DNA of 64,000 bases from Mobula hypostoma (GCF_963921235.1 NC_086101.1:8434001-8498000), one strand, 5' to 3'; shown: positions 50,542 through 63,878, counted from the first letter of the stretch. The notes: generated from the letters alone by a model not told the origin. Numbers and translations are program-made.

Positions 50542-50547
50542 TTTATT
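50542..50547 (-). terminator. Candidate polyadenylation signal (AATAAA) of the unidentified minus-strand gene
   Basis: Plus-strand tttatt located about 80 nt past the predicted stop at 50626. Confidence 0.5.
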
Positions 50548-50625
50548 GATATGACAATATTGACACCATACATATTGCACAGATTTAAACTACCGGAGCA
50601 GGTCATGTCCCCACCAACTGCACAA

Positions 50626-50724
50626 TCAACATCTGGGAGAATGCACCACTTTCGGCTGCTCTGATCTTATGGCCTGGTCCACAGTCATGTCCCCATTGGC
50701 AATCTTCGTCAGAAGTTCCTCCAC
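50626..50724 (-). CDS. Unidentified gene, terminal coding exon E
   Basis: Acceptor tcctgtcttctcccacag|G, phase 0. Encodes VEELLTKIANGDMTVDQAIRSEQPKVVHSPRC*. Minus-strand AATAAA about 80 nt after the stop. Confidence 0.7.
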   Translation of the reverse strand: MEELLTKIANGDMTVDQAIRSEQPKVVHSPRC

Positions 50725-50965
50725 CTGTGGGAGAAGACAGGATAACTATCAAATATTCTGTTACTCTCCAGCCCAGCTCCCAGAGATTCAGATTCTTATT
50801 TATCACATGTACCACAATTTAGCATCAACAGTCAACACAACCCAAGGATGAGCTGGGGGACAGCCTGCACGTGCTGCCGCATGTTCTTGGCACCAATCTA
50901 CATGCCCACAATGTTCAGCAGAACAGCAACACAAGCCAGTTTCCATCCTCCAGATTCCCCCACCC

Positions 50966-51076
50966 AGAGGACGGGCTACCTCCACCGGACTCGCAGACGT
51001 GGGGAGAGGATGGGCTACCTCCACCGGACTCGCAGACGTGGGGAGAGGACGGGCTACCTCCACCGGACTCGCAGAC
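50966..51076 (+). repeat. 39-bp tandem repeat, ~2.9 copies
   Basis: Unit agaggacgggctacctccaccggactcgcagacgtgggg. Confidence 0.93.
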
Positions 51077-51124
51077 ATCGGGCCTCCAACTCAGTCAGCA
51101 GACTCAACTGCAGGTCTTCACTAT

Positions 51125-51704
51125 TAGATTAGATTTTAGATTATGAGGACATGCAGTCCTCTTTTATTGTCATTTAGCAATACATGCATTAAGAAATGAT
51201 ACAATGTTTTTCCAGAATGATATCACAGAAACACATTACAAACCAACTTAAACACTGACAAAAACCACATAATTATAACATAGTTACAACAGTGCAAAGC
51301 AATACCGCAATTTGATAAGAACAGACCGTGGGCACGGTAAAAGTCTCTCAAAAGTCCCATCATCACACGCAGACGGTGAACCTCCAGCGCCGCCAACTTG
51401 CCGATGCAGCATCCCGGAAGCATCCGACCACAGTCTGACTCCATCCATAAACTCTGAGCATCCGACCCCGAGCACCATCTCTACCGAGCGCTTCGACCCC
51501 GGCCCTGGCAACAGGCAAAGCCAAGGATTTGGGGCTTTCCCCTCCGGAGTCTCGATTTCACAGTAGCAGCGGCAGCGAAGCGGGCATTTCAGAAGTTTCT
51601 CCAGATGTTCCTCCGTGCTTCTCACGGCTGTCTCCATCAAATCAGGATTGTACACGGTCCTCTAGTTAACACATATCGATATTATTCAGAATGGCCACGC
51701 GCGC
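51125..51704 (-). mobile_element. Family X element, copy 7
   Basis: Homology; perfect GAGGAC-atgca-GTCCTC hairpin; probable tattag TSD. Confidence 0.9.
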
Positions 51705-52548
51705 TTATTAGGCCTCAACTTCCAGATTCCAGTTGACCCCAGGCATTGAACTCTGACCTCATTGGCCCAATGAGGAGCTCACCGGCCCTCCTACTTCCTG
51801 CCCACATGGACCTCCAATCCTACAGGGGGCACTGTCATGGGTGGTACCACTGTGTCCTTGCTGGTTTTGTCCCTTTGTCCACATGTGTCCTTCCTCCATG
51901 TCATCACTGACCTTCAAGCATGGAGTGCAGAGCAGAGCCCTAGACACTAGCCTGACCACTAATGCCCCACATTCCTGTCCATAAACTCCCTACTTCTCCT
52001 GTCCCCAAAAACCATCCTAATAAACCTTAAAACCACAAGTGGTGAATTCATTCGCATTTCTGTGTATTGGTTCATGATCGCCACACATACAGTGAAAAGC
52101 TTGTCTGGTGCACTGTTAAATTCAGACCAAGACCCATGGAGTTTTTAATGTCTGGTTTCCTCCCACAATCCAAGACGTATCGGTTAGGAGATCAATCTGA
52201 CTGACTGACTGACAGAGTTTCATTTCCTGCTGGTCTCAAAGGAGTTTGCATGGTTTTCCTATGCATTGTACAGCTCTCACACCCGCACGCACACATACAC
52301 ACACACACACAGCTGGAGGAACTCAGCAGGTCAGTTGTGGTTTTGGGTTCATCAGGACCGGAAAGGAAGGGGGTGGAAACCAGAATAGTGTGTTGGGGTG
52401 GGGTGGAAGGGGGAGAAATGTGAACTGGCAGATGGTGAGTGAAACCAAATGAGGGGCAAGGTGGGTGGGGAAGGGGGAATGATAGGGAATTATGTGAAAG
52501 GCTGGGGGCTATATTTAGAGTGTGAGAAAGATAATGCAGAAGGTTAAC

Positions 52549-52609
52549 CTTCATGGCGTAGGCCTTGTCCTCCTGTGGATAACCCTGGGTGCACATCTTG
52601 CGCTGCGAT
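52549..52609 (-). CDS. Unidentified gene, exon D (61 nt, phase 2->0)
   Basis: Branch-like gctaat, acceptor ctattcgttttacag|, donor AAG|GTTAAC (weak). Encodes SQRKMCTQGYPQEDKAYAMK. Confidence 0.65.
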
Positions 52610-52910
52610 CTGTAAAACGAATAGCACATTAGCAAAGCAGAGCCAAACCCAGCACAGTCCAGGGTGTTGGGTCCTGCTGATGGAACTGGAGGTCTGAGTT
52701 TTGGCTTCGGGTTGGCAGAGATCAGTATGGGGGGGGGGGGCGACGAGGACGGGATGGGAAACTCAACAGGCAAGAATAAAGCTAGTGGGTAGGGGCCTGA
52801 AGACCCACAGTCAATGTATTATGAACAGCTTCTTCCATCCCGACATCTGATTTCTGAACAATCTTTTACCTCATGAATACTATCTCACTATTTTGCACTA
52901 TAGATCAATC

Positions 52911-54303
52911 CATGCCTATAAAAAGTATTCAACCCCCACCCCCCCCAGAAGTTTTCATGTTTTATTGTTTTACAACATTAAATCACGGTGGATTTAATTT
53001 GCCTTTTTTGACACTGATCAGCAGAAAAAGACTTTCATGTCACAGTGAAAGATTATCTCAAAGTGATCTGAATTAATTATCAATATAAACACAAGATAAT
53101 TGACTGCACAAGTATTCACATCCTTTAAGTCAGTATTTAGTAGATGCACCTTTGGCAGAAATTACAGCCTTGAGTTGATGTGGATAGGCGTCTACCACCT
53201 TTGCTCAAATGGATATCGCAATTTTCCACATTCTTCTTCACAAAACTGCTCAAGCTCTGTCAGATTGCATGGGGATCATGAGTGAACAGCCCTTTTCAAG
53301 TCCAGCCACAAATGGATTGAGGACTCTGAATTGGCCACTCCAGGACATTATCTTTGTTGTTTTTAAGCCATTCCTGTGTAGCTTTGGCTTTATGCTTGGG
53401 GTCATTGTCTTGCTGGAAAACAAATCTTCTCCCAAGTTGCAGCTCTCTTACAGACTGCATCAGGTTTTCCTCCAAGATATAGCATAACGTTTAGTCTGAT
53501 GGGCAAAAAAGCTCAATTTTGTTTTCATCAGACCATAGATCCTTCCTCCAGCTGACTTCAGCGTCTCCCACATACCTTCTGGTAAACTCTAGCTGAGATT
53601 TCATGTGAGTATGTTTTTCTCCAACAGTGGCTTTCTCTTTGTCACTCTCTCATAAAGCTAACGACCGGTGAAGCACCCAGGCAACAGTTGTTGTATGCAC
53701 AGTCTCTCCCATCTCAGCCACTGAAGCTTGCAACTCCTCCAGAGTTGGTCACAGGTCTCTTGGTGGCCTCCCTCACTAGTCCCCTTCTTGCAGAGTCACT
53801 CAGTTTGAGGATGGCCTGCTCCAAGCAGATTTACAGCTGTGCCATATTGTTTCCATTTCTTGATGATTGGCTCAACTGTACTCAAGGGATAATCAGTGAC
53901 TTTAAAATTTTCTTGTATCCATCTCCTGATTTGCACTTTTCAATAACCCTTTTGCAAAGTTGGGTGGAGTGCTCTTTTGTCTTTATATAGTTTCTGCCAG
54001 GATGCTGACTCACCAGCAGTTGGTCCTTCCAGGTAGAGGTGTATTTTTACTACAATCAATTGAAACACCTTGACTACACACAGGTGATCTCCATTTAACT
54101 AAGTATGTGACTTCTAAAACCAATTGGCTGCACCAGTGATGTCATTAAGTGTGTCATTAAGTGGATGAATACTCCTGCAATCAATTATTTTGTGTTTTAT
54201 ATTTGTACTGTAATTAATTTATATCACTTTGATGTGAAAGAGTCTTTTTCTGTTGATCGGTATCAAAAAAAGCCAAATTAAATGCAGAGATTGAGTGTTG
54301 CAA
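52911..54303 (-). mobile_element. Decayed Tc1-like DNA transposon with long inverted repeats
   Basis: Minus-strand LWSDENKIELF (~53505-53538) and [20 protein letters not shown] (DDE region). ~200-bp degenerate inverted ends. Confidence 0.85.
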
Positions 54304-54649
54304 CTTACAACCACACCCCCACACTATAAAATTTATTAAAAACTACATTTCTCATGCAACTTGCAGTTTTATATATACTGCACTGCTGTCACAAAATAAA
54401 CCCAATTCTGACATCTGTGCCAAATCTGTCATGCAAACAATTATAATAAACCTTTAACCCGCATGTGATGCACATCCCTCATTCTTGTGTCTGTCCAGCA
54501 GCCTCAGACACCACCGTTGCATCTGCCTCCACCACCAACCCTGGCAGCCCATTCCTGGCACTCACCACTCTTAAAATACAAATCTTGCCCCATTTTAAAA
54601 TCAGAACCAGATTTATTTTCACTTTATGACAAGATTTGTTTTGCAACAT

Positions 54650-56340
54650 CCAGCAGGCAGCAAAGAAAGCTAATAGCATGCTGGCCTTCATAACAAGGGG
54701 AATTGAGTATAAGAGCAAAGAGGTCCTTCTGCAGCTGTACAGGGCCCTGCTGAGACCACACCTGGAGTACTGTGTGCAGTTTTGGTCCCCAAATTTGAGG
54801 AAGGACATTCTTGCTATTGAGGGAGTGCAGCGTAGGTTCACAAGGTTAATTCCCGGGATGGCGGGACTGTCATATGTCAAAAGATTGGGGTGACTGGGGT
54901 TGTATACACTGGAATTTAGAAGGCTGAGGGGGGATCTTATTGAAACATATAAGATTATTAAAGGATTGGACACGCTGGAGGCAGGAAGCATGTTCCTGCT
55001 GATGGGCGAGTCCAGAACCACAGGCCACAGTTTAACAATTAGGGGTAGGCCATTTAGAACAGAGTTGAGGAAAAACTTTTTCACCCAGAGAGTGGTGGAT
55101 ATATGGAACGCTGTGCCCCAGAAGGCTGTGGAGGTCAAGTCTCTTGATGCTTTCAAAAAAGGAGATAGATAGAGCTCTTAAAGGTAGCTGAATCAAAGGT
55201 TATGGGGATAAGGCAGGAACTGGATACAGATAGTGGATGATCAGCCATGATCACAGTGAATGGTGGTGCTGGCTCAAAGGGCCAAATGGCCTACTCCTGC
55301 ACCTATTGTCTATAATAATGTTTTCAGTGTCCAACACTTCAACACAAATATTCTCAACATTCACATTACCTACGCTTCTCAATTTTATGAACTTCTAACA
55401 GGTCTCCTCCTCGGCTTCCACGACACCCAAGTAAACAGTTTGTCCAACGTCATGCTCTCTAATCCAGGCAACATCCTGATAAAGCTTTTCTGCACCCTCT
55501 CCAAAGGAAGTGGCAAATGAAATACAATGTTGGAAAATGCATAGTCATCCACTTTGGTAGTAGAAAATAATGTGCAGATTATTTTCTAAATGGGGAGAAA
55601 ATCCAGGAATCTGAGATGCAAAGGAACTTGGGAGTCTTTGTGCAGAACACCCTGAAGGTTAACTTGCAGGGTAAGTCGGTGGGGAGGAAGGCAAATGCCA
55701 TGTTAGCATTCATTTCAAGAGGTCTAGAATACAAGAGCAGGGATGTGATGCTGAGTCTTCGTAAGGCACTGGTGAAACCTCACCTCGAGTATTGTGACCA
55801 GTTTTGGGCCCCTCATCTTAGAAAAGATGTGCTGGAATTGGAGAGGGTCCAGAGGAGATTCAGAAGGATGATACCAGGAATGAAAGGGTTATCATACAAG
55901 GAATGTTTGATGGCTCTGGGTCTGTACTCGCTGGAATTCAGAACGATCTGGGGGGATCTTATTGAAACCATTCGAATGGTAGAAAGCCTAGACAGAGTAG
56001 ATGCGGAAATGATGTTTCCCATGATGGGAGAGTAAGACAAAAGGGTACAGCCTCAGGATAGGGGGGAGGGCGCCCTTTCAAAACAGATGTGGAGGAATTT
56101 CTTTAGCCAAAGGTTGGTGAATTAATTTGCTGCCATATGCAGCTGTGGAGGCCAAGTTGATGGGTGCATTTAGGGCAGAGATTGATAGGTTCCTGATTGG
56201 ACACAGCATCAAAGGTTACAGAGAAGGCCAGAAACAGAGGTTGAGAAGGAGATAAAAAAATAAAAAGGATCAACCATGATTGAATGGCAGAGCAGACTCA
56301 ATGGGCCAAATGGCCTAATTCTGCTCGTGTCTCATGTTCT
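54650..56340 (+). mobile_element. Two tandem decayed CR1 3' fragments
   Basis: RPHLEYCVQFWSP / KPHLEYCDQFWAP peptides and CR1 3' UTRs. Confidence 0.88.
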
Positions 56341-56767
56341 CAGATCACCAGATTCAGGAACAGTTATTATCCCTCAACCATCAAACTCTTAAACTGGAGG
56401 GGATAACGTCACTCAACTTCAATTGGCTGATCACTGAACCTATGGACTGACTTTCAAGACTCTTCATTTCATGTTCCTGTTATTATTCATGTTCTGTTTC
56501 TGTATGTGCACAGTTTGTCCTTTGCACATGGGTTGTTCATATTGCTGTGCGGTTTCTCATTAATTCAATGGTGCTTGCAAAAGGATCTAGTGTTTTCCGC
56601 CTGTACGGCAAATAAACTTTTCTCTGGCTTCTGGCAGGTCCAGGTATTGATTATAACCGGCGTTTCAATGACAAACTACCTTCTGCAGGGATGTCTAGTC
56701 TGGAGGTATTTATACCCCTGCAGTCTGTCCCTTCTGATTGGTTAGTTCTCATGCAATCAGATTTGTC

Positions 56768-58135
56768 CTATAACCATATAACAATTACAGCACGGAAACA
56801 GGCCATCTCGGCCATTCTAGTCCGAGTTGAACTCTTACTCTCACCTAGTCCCACCGACCTGCACTCAGCCCATAACCCTCCATTCCTTTCCTGTCCATAT
56901 ATCTATCCAATTTAACTTTAAATGACAACATTGAACCTGCCTCAACCACTTCTGCTGGAAGCTCGTTCCACACAGCTACCACTCTCTGAGTAAAGAAGTT
57001 CCCCCTCATGTTACCCCTAAACTTTTGCCCTTTAACTCTCAACTCATATCCTCTTGTTTGAATCTCCCCCACTCTCAATGGAAAAAGCCATTGGAAAAAG
57101 TCAACTCTATCTATCCCTCTCATAATTTTAAATACCTCTACCAAGTTCCCCCTCAACCTTCTACGCTCCAAGGAATAAAGACCCAACTTGTTCAACCTTC
57201 CTCTGTAACTTAGATGAAAACCAGGTAACATTCTGGTAAATCTTCTCTGTACTCTCTCAATTTTGTTGTCATCTTTCCTATAATTCAGTGACCAGAACTG
57301 TACACAATGCTCCAAATTTGGCCTTACCAATACCTTGTACAATTTCAACATTACATCCCAACTCCTATACTCAATGCTCTGATTAATAAAGGCCAGCAAA
57401 CCATAAGCTTTCTTCACCACCCTATCCACATGAGATTCCACCTTCAGGGAACTATGCACCATTATTCCTAGATCCCTCTGTTCTACTGCATTCTTCAGTG
57501 CCCTACCATTTACCATGTATGTCCTATTTTGATCCATCCTACCAAAATGTAGCACCTCACATTTATCAGCATTAAACTCCATCTGCCATCTTTCAGCCCA
57601 CTCTTCTGACTTAAATCTCTCTGCAAGCTTTGAAAACCTACTTCATTATCCACAACTCCACCTATCTTAGTATCATTTGCATACTTACTAATCCAATTTA
57701 CCACCCCATCATCCAGATCATTAATATACATGACAAACAACATTGGACCCAGTACAGATCCCCGAGGCACACCACTAGTCACTGGCCTCCAATCTGACAA
57801 ACAGTTATCCACCACTACTCTCTGGCGTCTCCCATCCAGCCACTGCTGAATCCATTTTACTACTTCAATATTAATACCTAACGGTTGAACCTTCCTAATT
57901 AACCTTCCATGTGGAAACTTGTCAAGGGCCTTACTGAAGTCCATATAGAAAACATCCACCGCTTTACCCCCGTCAACTTTCCTAGTAAGCTCTTCAAAAT
58001 ATTCAATAAGATTTGTCAAACATGACCTTCCACGCACAAATCCATGTTGACTGTTCCTAATCAGACCCTGTCTATCCAGATAATTATATATACCATCTCT
58101 AAGAATGCTTTCTATAAATTTACCCAAGACTGACA
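56768..58135 (-). mobile_element. CR1 LINE fragment (third subfamily), frameshifted RT
   Basis: 209-aa and 245-aa RT ORFs; same subfamily at 62917-63582 (-) and 38800-39290 (+). Confidence 0.93.
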
Positions 58136-58142
58136 TCAAACT

Positions 58143-58423
58143 CTCCCACTTTGCTTACAGTCAAATTTCAGTTTTACTTGGAGCAAGACCTTCATCTTCA
58201 TTAAAATTCTTTTCCTCCAATTTTATTTCAGTGGTCTCCTTTACTAGGTGGTCCCAAAACCCATTGGCATGGCACAGTAGTTTTGTGCTGAAGTCAATCC
58301 TGTGGTCATTACGAAAGCAGTAATTTGCTACTGACAATTTCTTCAGGTAGCCCAAACAGATGCACCACCTGTGCTCCTTCATATGGCTTTCTGCTGTGTG
58401 CCCCAGCTGGCCGATATACACTA
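58143..58423 (-). mobile_element. Penelope-like element GIY-YIG endonuclease C-terminal fragment; its 3' terminal region continues at ~56590-56767 beyond a nested CR1
   Basis: VYIGQLGHTAESHMKEHR...HRIDF...LVKETTEIK...NFNEDEG. The distal piece has CCAAT, TATAAATA and a decayed hammerhead-like CTG.AGA...GAAAC. Confidence 0.75.
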
Positions 58424-59030
58424 TAAGAACATAAGACAAAGGAGTAGAAGTCGGACCCTTGGCCCATTGAGTCTGCTCCGCCATTTTATCATGAGCTGAT
58501 TTTTCTCCCATTTAGTCCCACACCCCCACCTTCTCACCATAACCTTTGATGCCCTGGCTACTCAGATACACATCAATCTCTGCCTTAAATACACCCAATG
58601 ACTTGGCCTCCACTGCCGCCCGTGGCAACAAATTCCATAGATTCACCACCCTCTGACTAAAAAAATTTCTTCGCATCTCTGTTCTGAATGGGCGCCCTTC
58701 AATCCCTAGGTCATGCCCTCTCGTACTAGACTCCCCCATCATGGGAAACAACTTTGAGACATCCACTCTGTCCATGCTTTTCAACATTCGAAATGTTTCT
58801 ATGAGGTCTCCCCTCATTCTTCTAAACTCCAAAGAATACAGTCCAAGAGCGGTCAAACGTTCCTCATATGTTAACCCTCTCATTCCCGGAATCATTCTAG
58901 TGAATCTTCTCTGTAACCTCTCCAATGTCAGCACATCCTTTCTTAAATAAGGAGACCAAAACTGTCCACAGTACTCCAAGTGAGGTCTCACCAGCACCTT
59001 ACAGAGCCTATTCTTAAGCCTACCTTATAG
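58424..59030 (-). mobile_element. CR1 3' fragment
   Basis: 161-aa ORF LVRPHLEYCGQFWSP...RNFFSQRVVNLWN. Confidence 0.9.
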
Positions 59031-59800
59031 AGCCTAGCGGACCTGAGTCCCAGGTAAATACAAAGAAAGAGCATCGATGACCTGGGACTCCGGAATTTCC
59101 GGTTTGTATATGTGAACATATGTACTTCAATAATACATTCACTTTGAACTTATGGAAATAGGAATGTATCAAAAATTTAAGGAAAAAGTTTGTTTTAATT
59201 TATAAAGCTAATGGATATTTGAACAGGTACATGGATTAGAAATGGTTAGAAGGTCTAACATGGGCAACCTTAGTTGGGAATCTTGGTTGGCATGAACCAG
59301 TTGGACAAGAGGACCCGTTTTTGTGCTCTTTTGACCATGACAGTGCAGGTGGCCAGGTCTTTCTTCTGTTGGTTTGTAGAACCAAGTCCAAGTTCAAATT
59401 TCAAAGCTCAAATTAATTTAGTATCAAAGCTCATATACATCTTCATACATTACCTTGAGATTCATCATCTTGCAGGCATTTACAGGAAAATAAAATATAA
59501 AAGAATTTATGAAAAGCTATACACAAAAACAAATGAAAGTAAAATATGTAAATAAAAATAAACAAAATTGAGATGAGTTGCAGAGTCATTGGAAAATGAA
59601 GGCATAGACTGTGGAGTCACTTCGGACCTCAAAGGTTTGTCCATGGATTGTGGAACATTTCAGCTGTAGGTGGAACAGCTCAGAAATGCAAGTTGGAAAG
59701 ATCAGACACCGAAATGGACCCTTTAGCACAAAATCTGCCGGTGTGATTAAGAGGGTGACACAGAAACGGAAGTTAGCAGCAAGCAAAGTTATTCACTCAC

Positions 59801-59816
59801 CCAAATCTGGTGCAAC
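59801..59816 (-). CDS. Unidentified gene, 16-nt micro-exon C (phase 1->2)
   Basis: Strong pyrimidine-rich acceptor (...ttttcctcctgttgcag|) then gttgcaccagatttgg then |GTGAGT. 83+16=99 nt restores the frame between exons A and D. Encodes (R)CTRF(G). Confidence 0.65.
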
Positions 59817-61719
59817 CTGCAACAGGAGGAAAAAAAAGGGGGTTTAAAATCAAATCAGCTAAGCCATGGTCAGTTGCCCTTAGTCCATGAACACCCTCCA
59901 ATCCTGCCCCAACCATGGTCAGATAACCCTGGTCTATGGATACTCCCCAATCCTGTTCTAATTATAGTCAGATCCCCCAGATCTATGAATGCACTCCAAT
60001 CCTGTCCCAGCTGTAGTCATATCCCCTGGACCGGCTTCAATCATATCAGAGTTATCTGTAGCAGTGATCAGCTGCTAAAACTGGCAACTGCCTGTTCAAC
60101 AGGAAGGTGCCCACAACACTTCGAAGCCTGTAGGCGCACAGGCAGGCATCCAGGTCACTTGCCTATCATGGCCAGCTTTGCAAAGCTAACGATACAGTGC
60201 GCAAGGGTGCAGGGGCATCAGTCTCTAAATAGCTTTGCAAATTGTGGTGAATTCTAAGCACTCAGCAGGTTTTGGAGTGTACACTGCACCCAGTTTTCAA
60301 GCAACTTTTCTAAGATTTGCAAAGACTAAGTACTCTTCTTCCTCCTGTCATTACAGAGACCTTTCCATTCTTAGGCAGTCCCCTGGGGTGCAGGATGCCA
60401 CTCATCCTGTTCCATGTGTTTAGAGGAGATGGATGGGTCTAATGTGGGAAGCGTTATTTTTTTGTGGAACATTTATTCTTTTATTAAGTCAGAGCAAGGA
60501 ATGATTCCCTTCAGCCAGTCTGGCCCGTACCAACCAAGACACCTCATCCAACACTTACTGGATCCTCTGAAATCACTCAGTGGAACTACACAGGGCTCAA
60601 AATATAATCACACCCAGAACATTTTCCATCGGTCTATTCTCTAGAGAGACACGTCAGCTAGTTCTTCCCCTGCACTGGGGAAGGAGCAGATTGTCTTGCT
60701 GGCAGGCTTACACCCCAGGGAAAAAAACAGTGACACAAGCTCAAATGCTTTAAATCAGGACTTGAGGGAGTTGGCTTCCCCTAGCTGAGGAGTCTAGGAT
60801 AGGGGGGTCTGCCTCAAGGTTTTGACATATTCAGGACTGAGAAAAAAAACACCATCTCTCATCCAGTGGGTGGTGAAGTTGATCAATTCTCCGCCGAAGA
60901 GGTTTGGGAAAGCAGAGATATCTTCTCAGATATGAAGGGAAATCGAGGAATTAATGCAGGAAAGTGGCACTGAGATAAACGTTCAGGCGGGATAGGAGTG
61001 TGCAGTTGGAAGGGATGATGAGTCAGCAGAGCAGCCTAATTCTGCACTGATATCCTATGGTCTATTACGGTCATTCAATTTTAGTTACTGGAGCAGGATT
61101 TTAGTCACTGGCAAATATACTTCGATGTTAAACCTCTTTCCAAGAGATACTGGGACCGTACGATACCTTTAAAGTAGCCCTGTCAGATAGAAGTTCAATT
61201 CCTACCACTGTCAATAAGGAGTTTGCACGTTCTCCTGGGATCATGCGAGTTTCCTCTGGTTTCCTCCCAAAACCCAAAGGCATATGGGTTAGGATTAGTG
61301 AGCTACAGGCTCTCTATGTTGGTGCTAGAAGCACGATGACCCTCATGGGCTGCCCAGGGCAATCCTCGCTGACTGGATTTGAAGCAAAGCAGTGCACTTC
61401 GCTGCACATCATAACATACATGTGACAATTAAAGCTGATCTCATCTTTAAAGGTGGAGGTTGATATTTCCCTGATTACTAAGGGTTTCAAAGTTTACAGG
61501 GAAAAGGTAGGAGAATAGGGTAGAAAGGGATAATAAATCAGTTGCGGAATGGTGGAACAGACTCGATGGGCCAAATGGCATATTTTTGCTCTCATGTCTT
61601 ATGGTCTTAATCTTGAAGGGTAGTCAATCAATACTGGCCTCATCAATTGGATTATTTAATACACTTCCAGCAGCTTGCTGTGCATTACCACATTTGCCCC
61701 AAGCGGGGATCAAACTTAC

Positions 61720-61802
61720 GTGACACTGAAGCAAAGTGCATCTTCATGGAATCCCTGGAGGCAGGAGTAGAGATATCGTTGCATGGAGCAACCATCTGCC
61801 TC
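61720..61802 (-). CDS. Unidentified gene, exon B (83 nt, phase 2->1)
   Basis: Acceptor ttcccctcttaatcag|, donor C|GTAAGT. Reads RQMVAPCNDISTPASRDSMKMHFASVS in frame with exon A. Confidence 0.7.
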
Positions 61803-62916
61803 CTGATTAAGAGGGGAATACCGGACCAACGTTTAGGTGGCCTCTGTCGCCTCACAGAATCCTCCTCAGCATTTCTGAAACAGTTGAAGTAAAATTAGCA
61901 ACATGAGGTTCTTCCTTACCCAAAGTGTGGTCAGCAAAATTCCATTCTTAGTCTGGCTGCTCCCCCGGATTCAGTGGCTTTAACTGCATTTGGAATCGTG
62001 TTTGGTTTTGCTCATTTTCCTACAAGAAAGGTGCTATTAAGTTGGAAAGAATGCAGTGGATATTTACGAGGATATCACCTGGTGTTGCGTAACAGCTATG
62101 GAGAGAGCTTGAACAGGTTGGGACATTTTGCACTGGAACATAGGACAATGAGAAGTAATTTTCTAGACAGGTACAAACTTATGGGGGTTGTAGGTACAGT
62201 GAATGCCACCAGTTTTGGGGAATTAAGAACTCGAGGACATAGGTTTAATGTGAGAGGGGGAGAGATGGTCAGCACCTGGAAGGAGAAGCCAGTGGAAATG
62301 GAGGCAGGAACATTAACATTTTTGGATATACTGTACAATAACAGGCCCTTCTATCACAATGCCCAATGACACCCACATGACCAGACTTCCACCGTTTCTT
62401 TCTCTGCATAGATCAGGGGTCCACAGGACCCTCGGCTAAATGGCGAGGCTCCACGGCAGAAATGGAACCGCTGCCAGAAATACTCCCTGTCCTGCTGAGT
62501 TCCTCCAGCATTTTCTGTGTTCCGATGTGGATTTTGAGCATCTGCAGAATCTGGTGTTTACAATGCACATTATGTCCCAGCGGACCTCTTGTATATCAGG
62601 GGTGCTGTGTACGTGGTGTCCTCAGCATCATTAATCATCCCTGCTCTCTGTCCAACAATCTCTTACCCCCTACCGTCAGGCAGGGGTACCACAGCAACAG
62701 GATGAGAGACAGATTCTTCCCCCAGGCTGTGAGACCACCAAACTCCCTGCCACCACCCAGAACTCATCCCATATGAAGCACCAGTAGTGTATACTACTCA
62801 CTGACTTTTGTAAATGCACCTTATTTTTTTTTTTAAATTTGTGGTAATATTACCTTTGTGCTGCAATATGTGCACTTTGGTTGCTTTGGTGGTATACATG
62901 ACAATAAACTTGAACT

Positions 62917-63582
62917 TTATAACCATATAACAATTACAGCACGGAAACAGGCCATCTCAGCCATTCTATTCCGTGCCAAACTCTTACTCTCACCTAGTCC
63001 CACTGACCTGCACTCAGCCCACAACCCTCCATTCCTTTCCTGTCCATATAGCTGTCCAATTTAACTTTAAATGACAACATCGAACCTGCCTCAACCACTT
63101 CTGCTGGAAGCTCGTTCCACACAGCTACCGCTCTCTGAGTAAAGAAGTTCCCCCTCATGTTACCCCTAATCTTTTGCCCTTTAACTCTCAACTCATGTCC
63201 TCTTGTTTGAATCTCCCCCACTCTCAATGGAAAAAGTCTAACCACATCAACTCTATCTATCCCCCTCATAATTCTAAATACCTCTATCAAGTTCTCCCTC
63301 AACCTTCTACGCTCCAAAGAATAAAGACCCACCTTGTTCAACCTTTCTCTGTAACTTAGGTGATGAAACCCAGGTAACATTCTAGTAAATCTTCTCTGTA
63401 CTCTCTCAATTTTGTTGACATCTTTCCTATAATTCGGTGACCAGAACTGTACACAATACTCCAAATTTGGCCTTACCAGTGCCTTGTACAATTTCAACAT
63501 TACATCCCAACTCCAATACTCAATGCTCTGATGTATGAAGGCCAGCAAACCAAAAGCTTTCTTCACCACCCTATCCACATGA
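62917..63582 (-). mobile_element. CR1 3' fragment (third subfamily)
   Basis: Highly similar to 56768-57430, including the tail. Confidence 0.92.
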
Positions 63583-63688
63583 TCATGTCTAGATTTTGAC
63601 CATGACAGTCCTCCCTCCCCAAAATCAGCCAACACCTCCTGCGAGTCACTGTGCCCATGCCCACCAACAAGAGGAAAGACTGACTCAC

Positions 63689-63878
63689 CGCTGCAAGCAT
63701 TCTTGACAGATCTTGTTGTCCTCCAGGTGAGGGGGAGTCTCCACCACTGCTGGCTTCAGATGCAGGTCAAACAGAGAGTCCCCATCAACCACCACAGGTC
63801 GGCCACACTTCAGTGCCAGACTGCTCCACCCAGAGCTGAGCAGTTCCATCCCATGGACGACACACCATCCCGAGGCAA
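63689..63878 (-). CDS. Unidentified gene, internal coding exon A (190 nt, phase 1->2)
   Basis: Minus-strand acceptor tccccccaccctgtttcaccag|, donor CG|GTGAGT. Only one frame is open: ASGWCVVHGMELLSSGWSSLALKCGRPVVVDGDSLFDLHLKPAVVETPPHLEDNKICQECLQ(R). Non-repetitive sequence. Confidence 0.75.

Noticed and set aside
56690..56750. Minus-strand CCAAT+TATA as promoter of a host gene
   Set aside because: Lies in the terminal region of the Penelope-like element, inside an intron of the unidentified gene.
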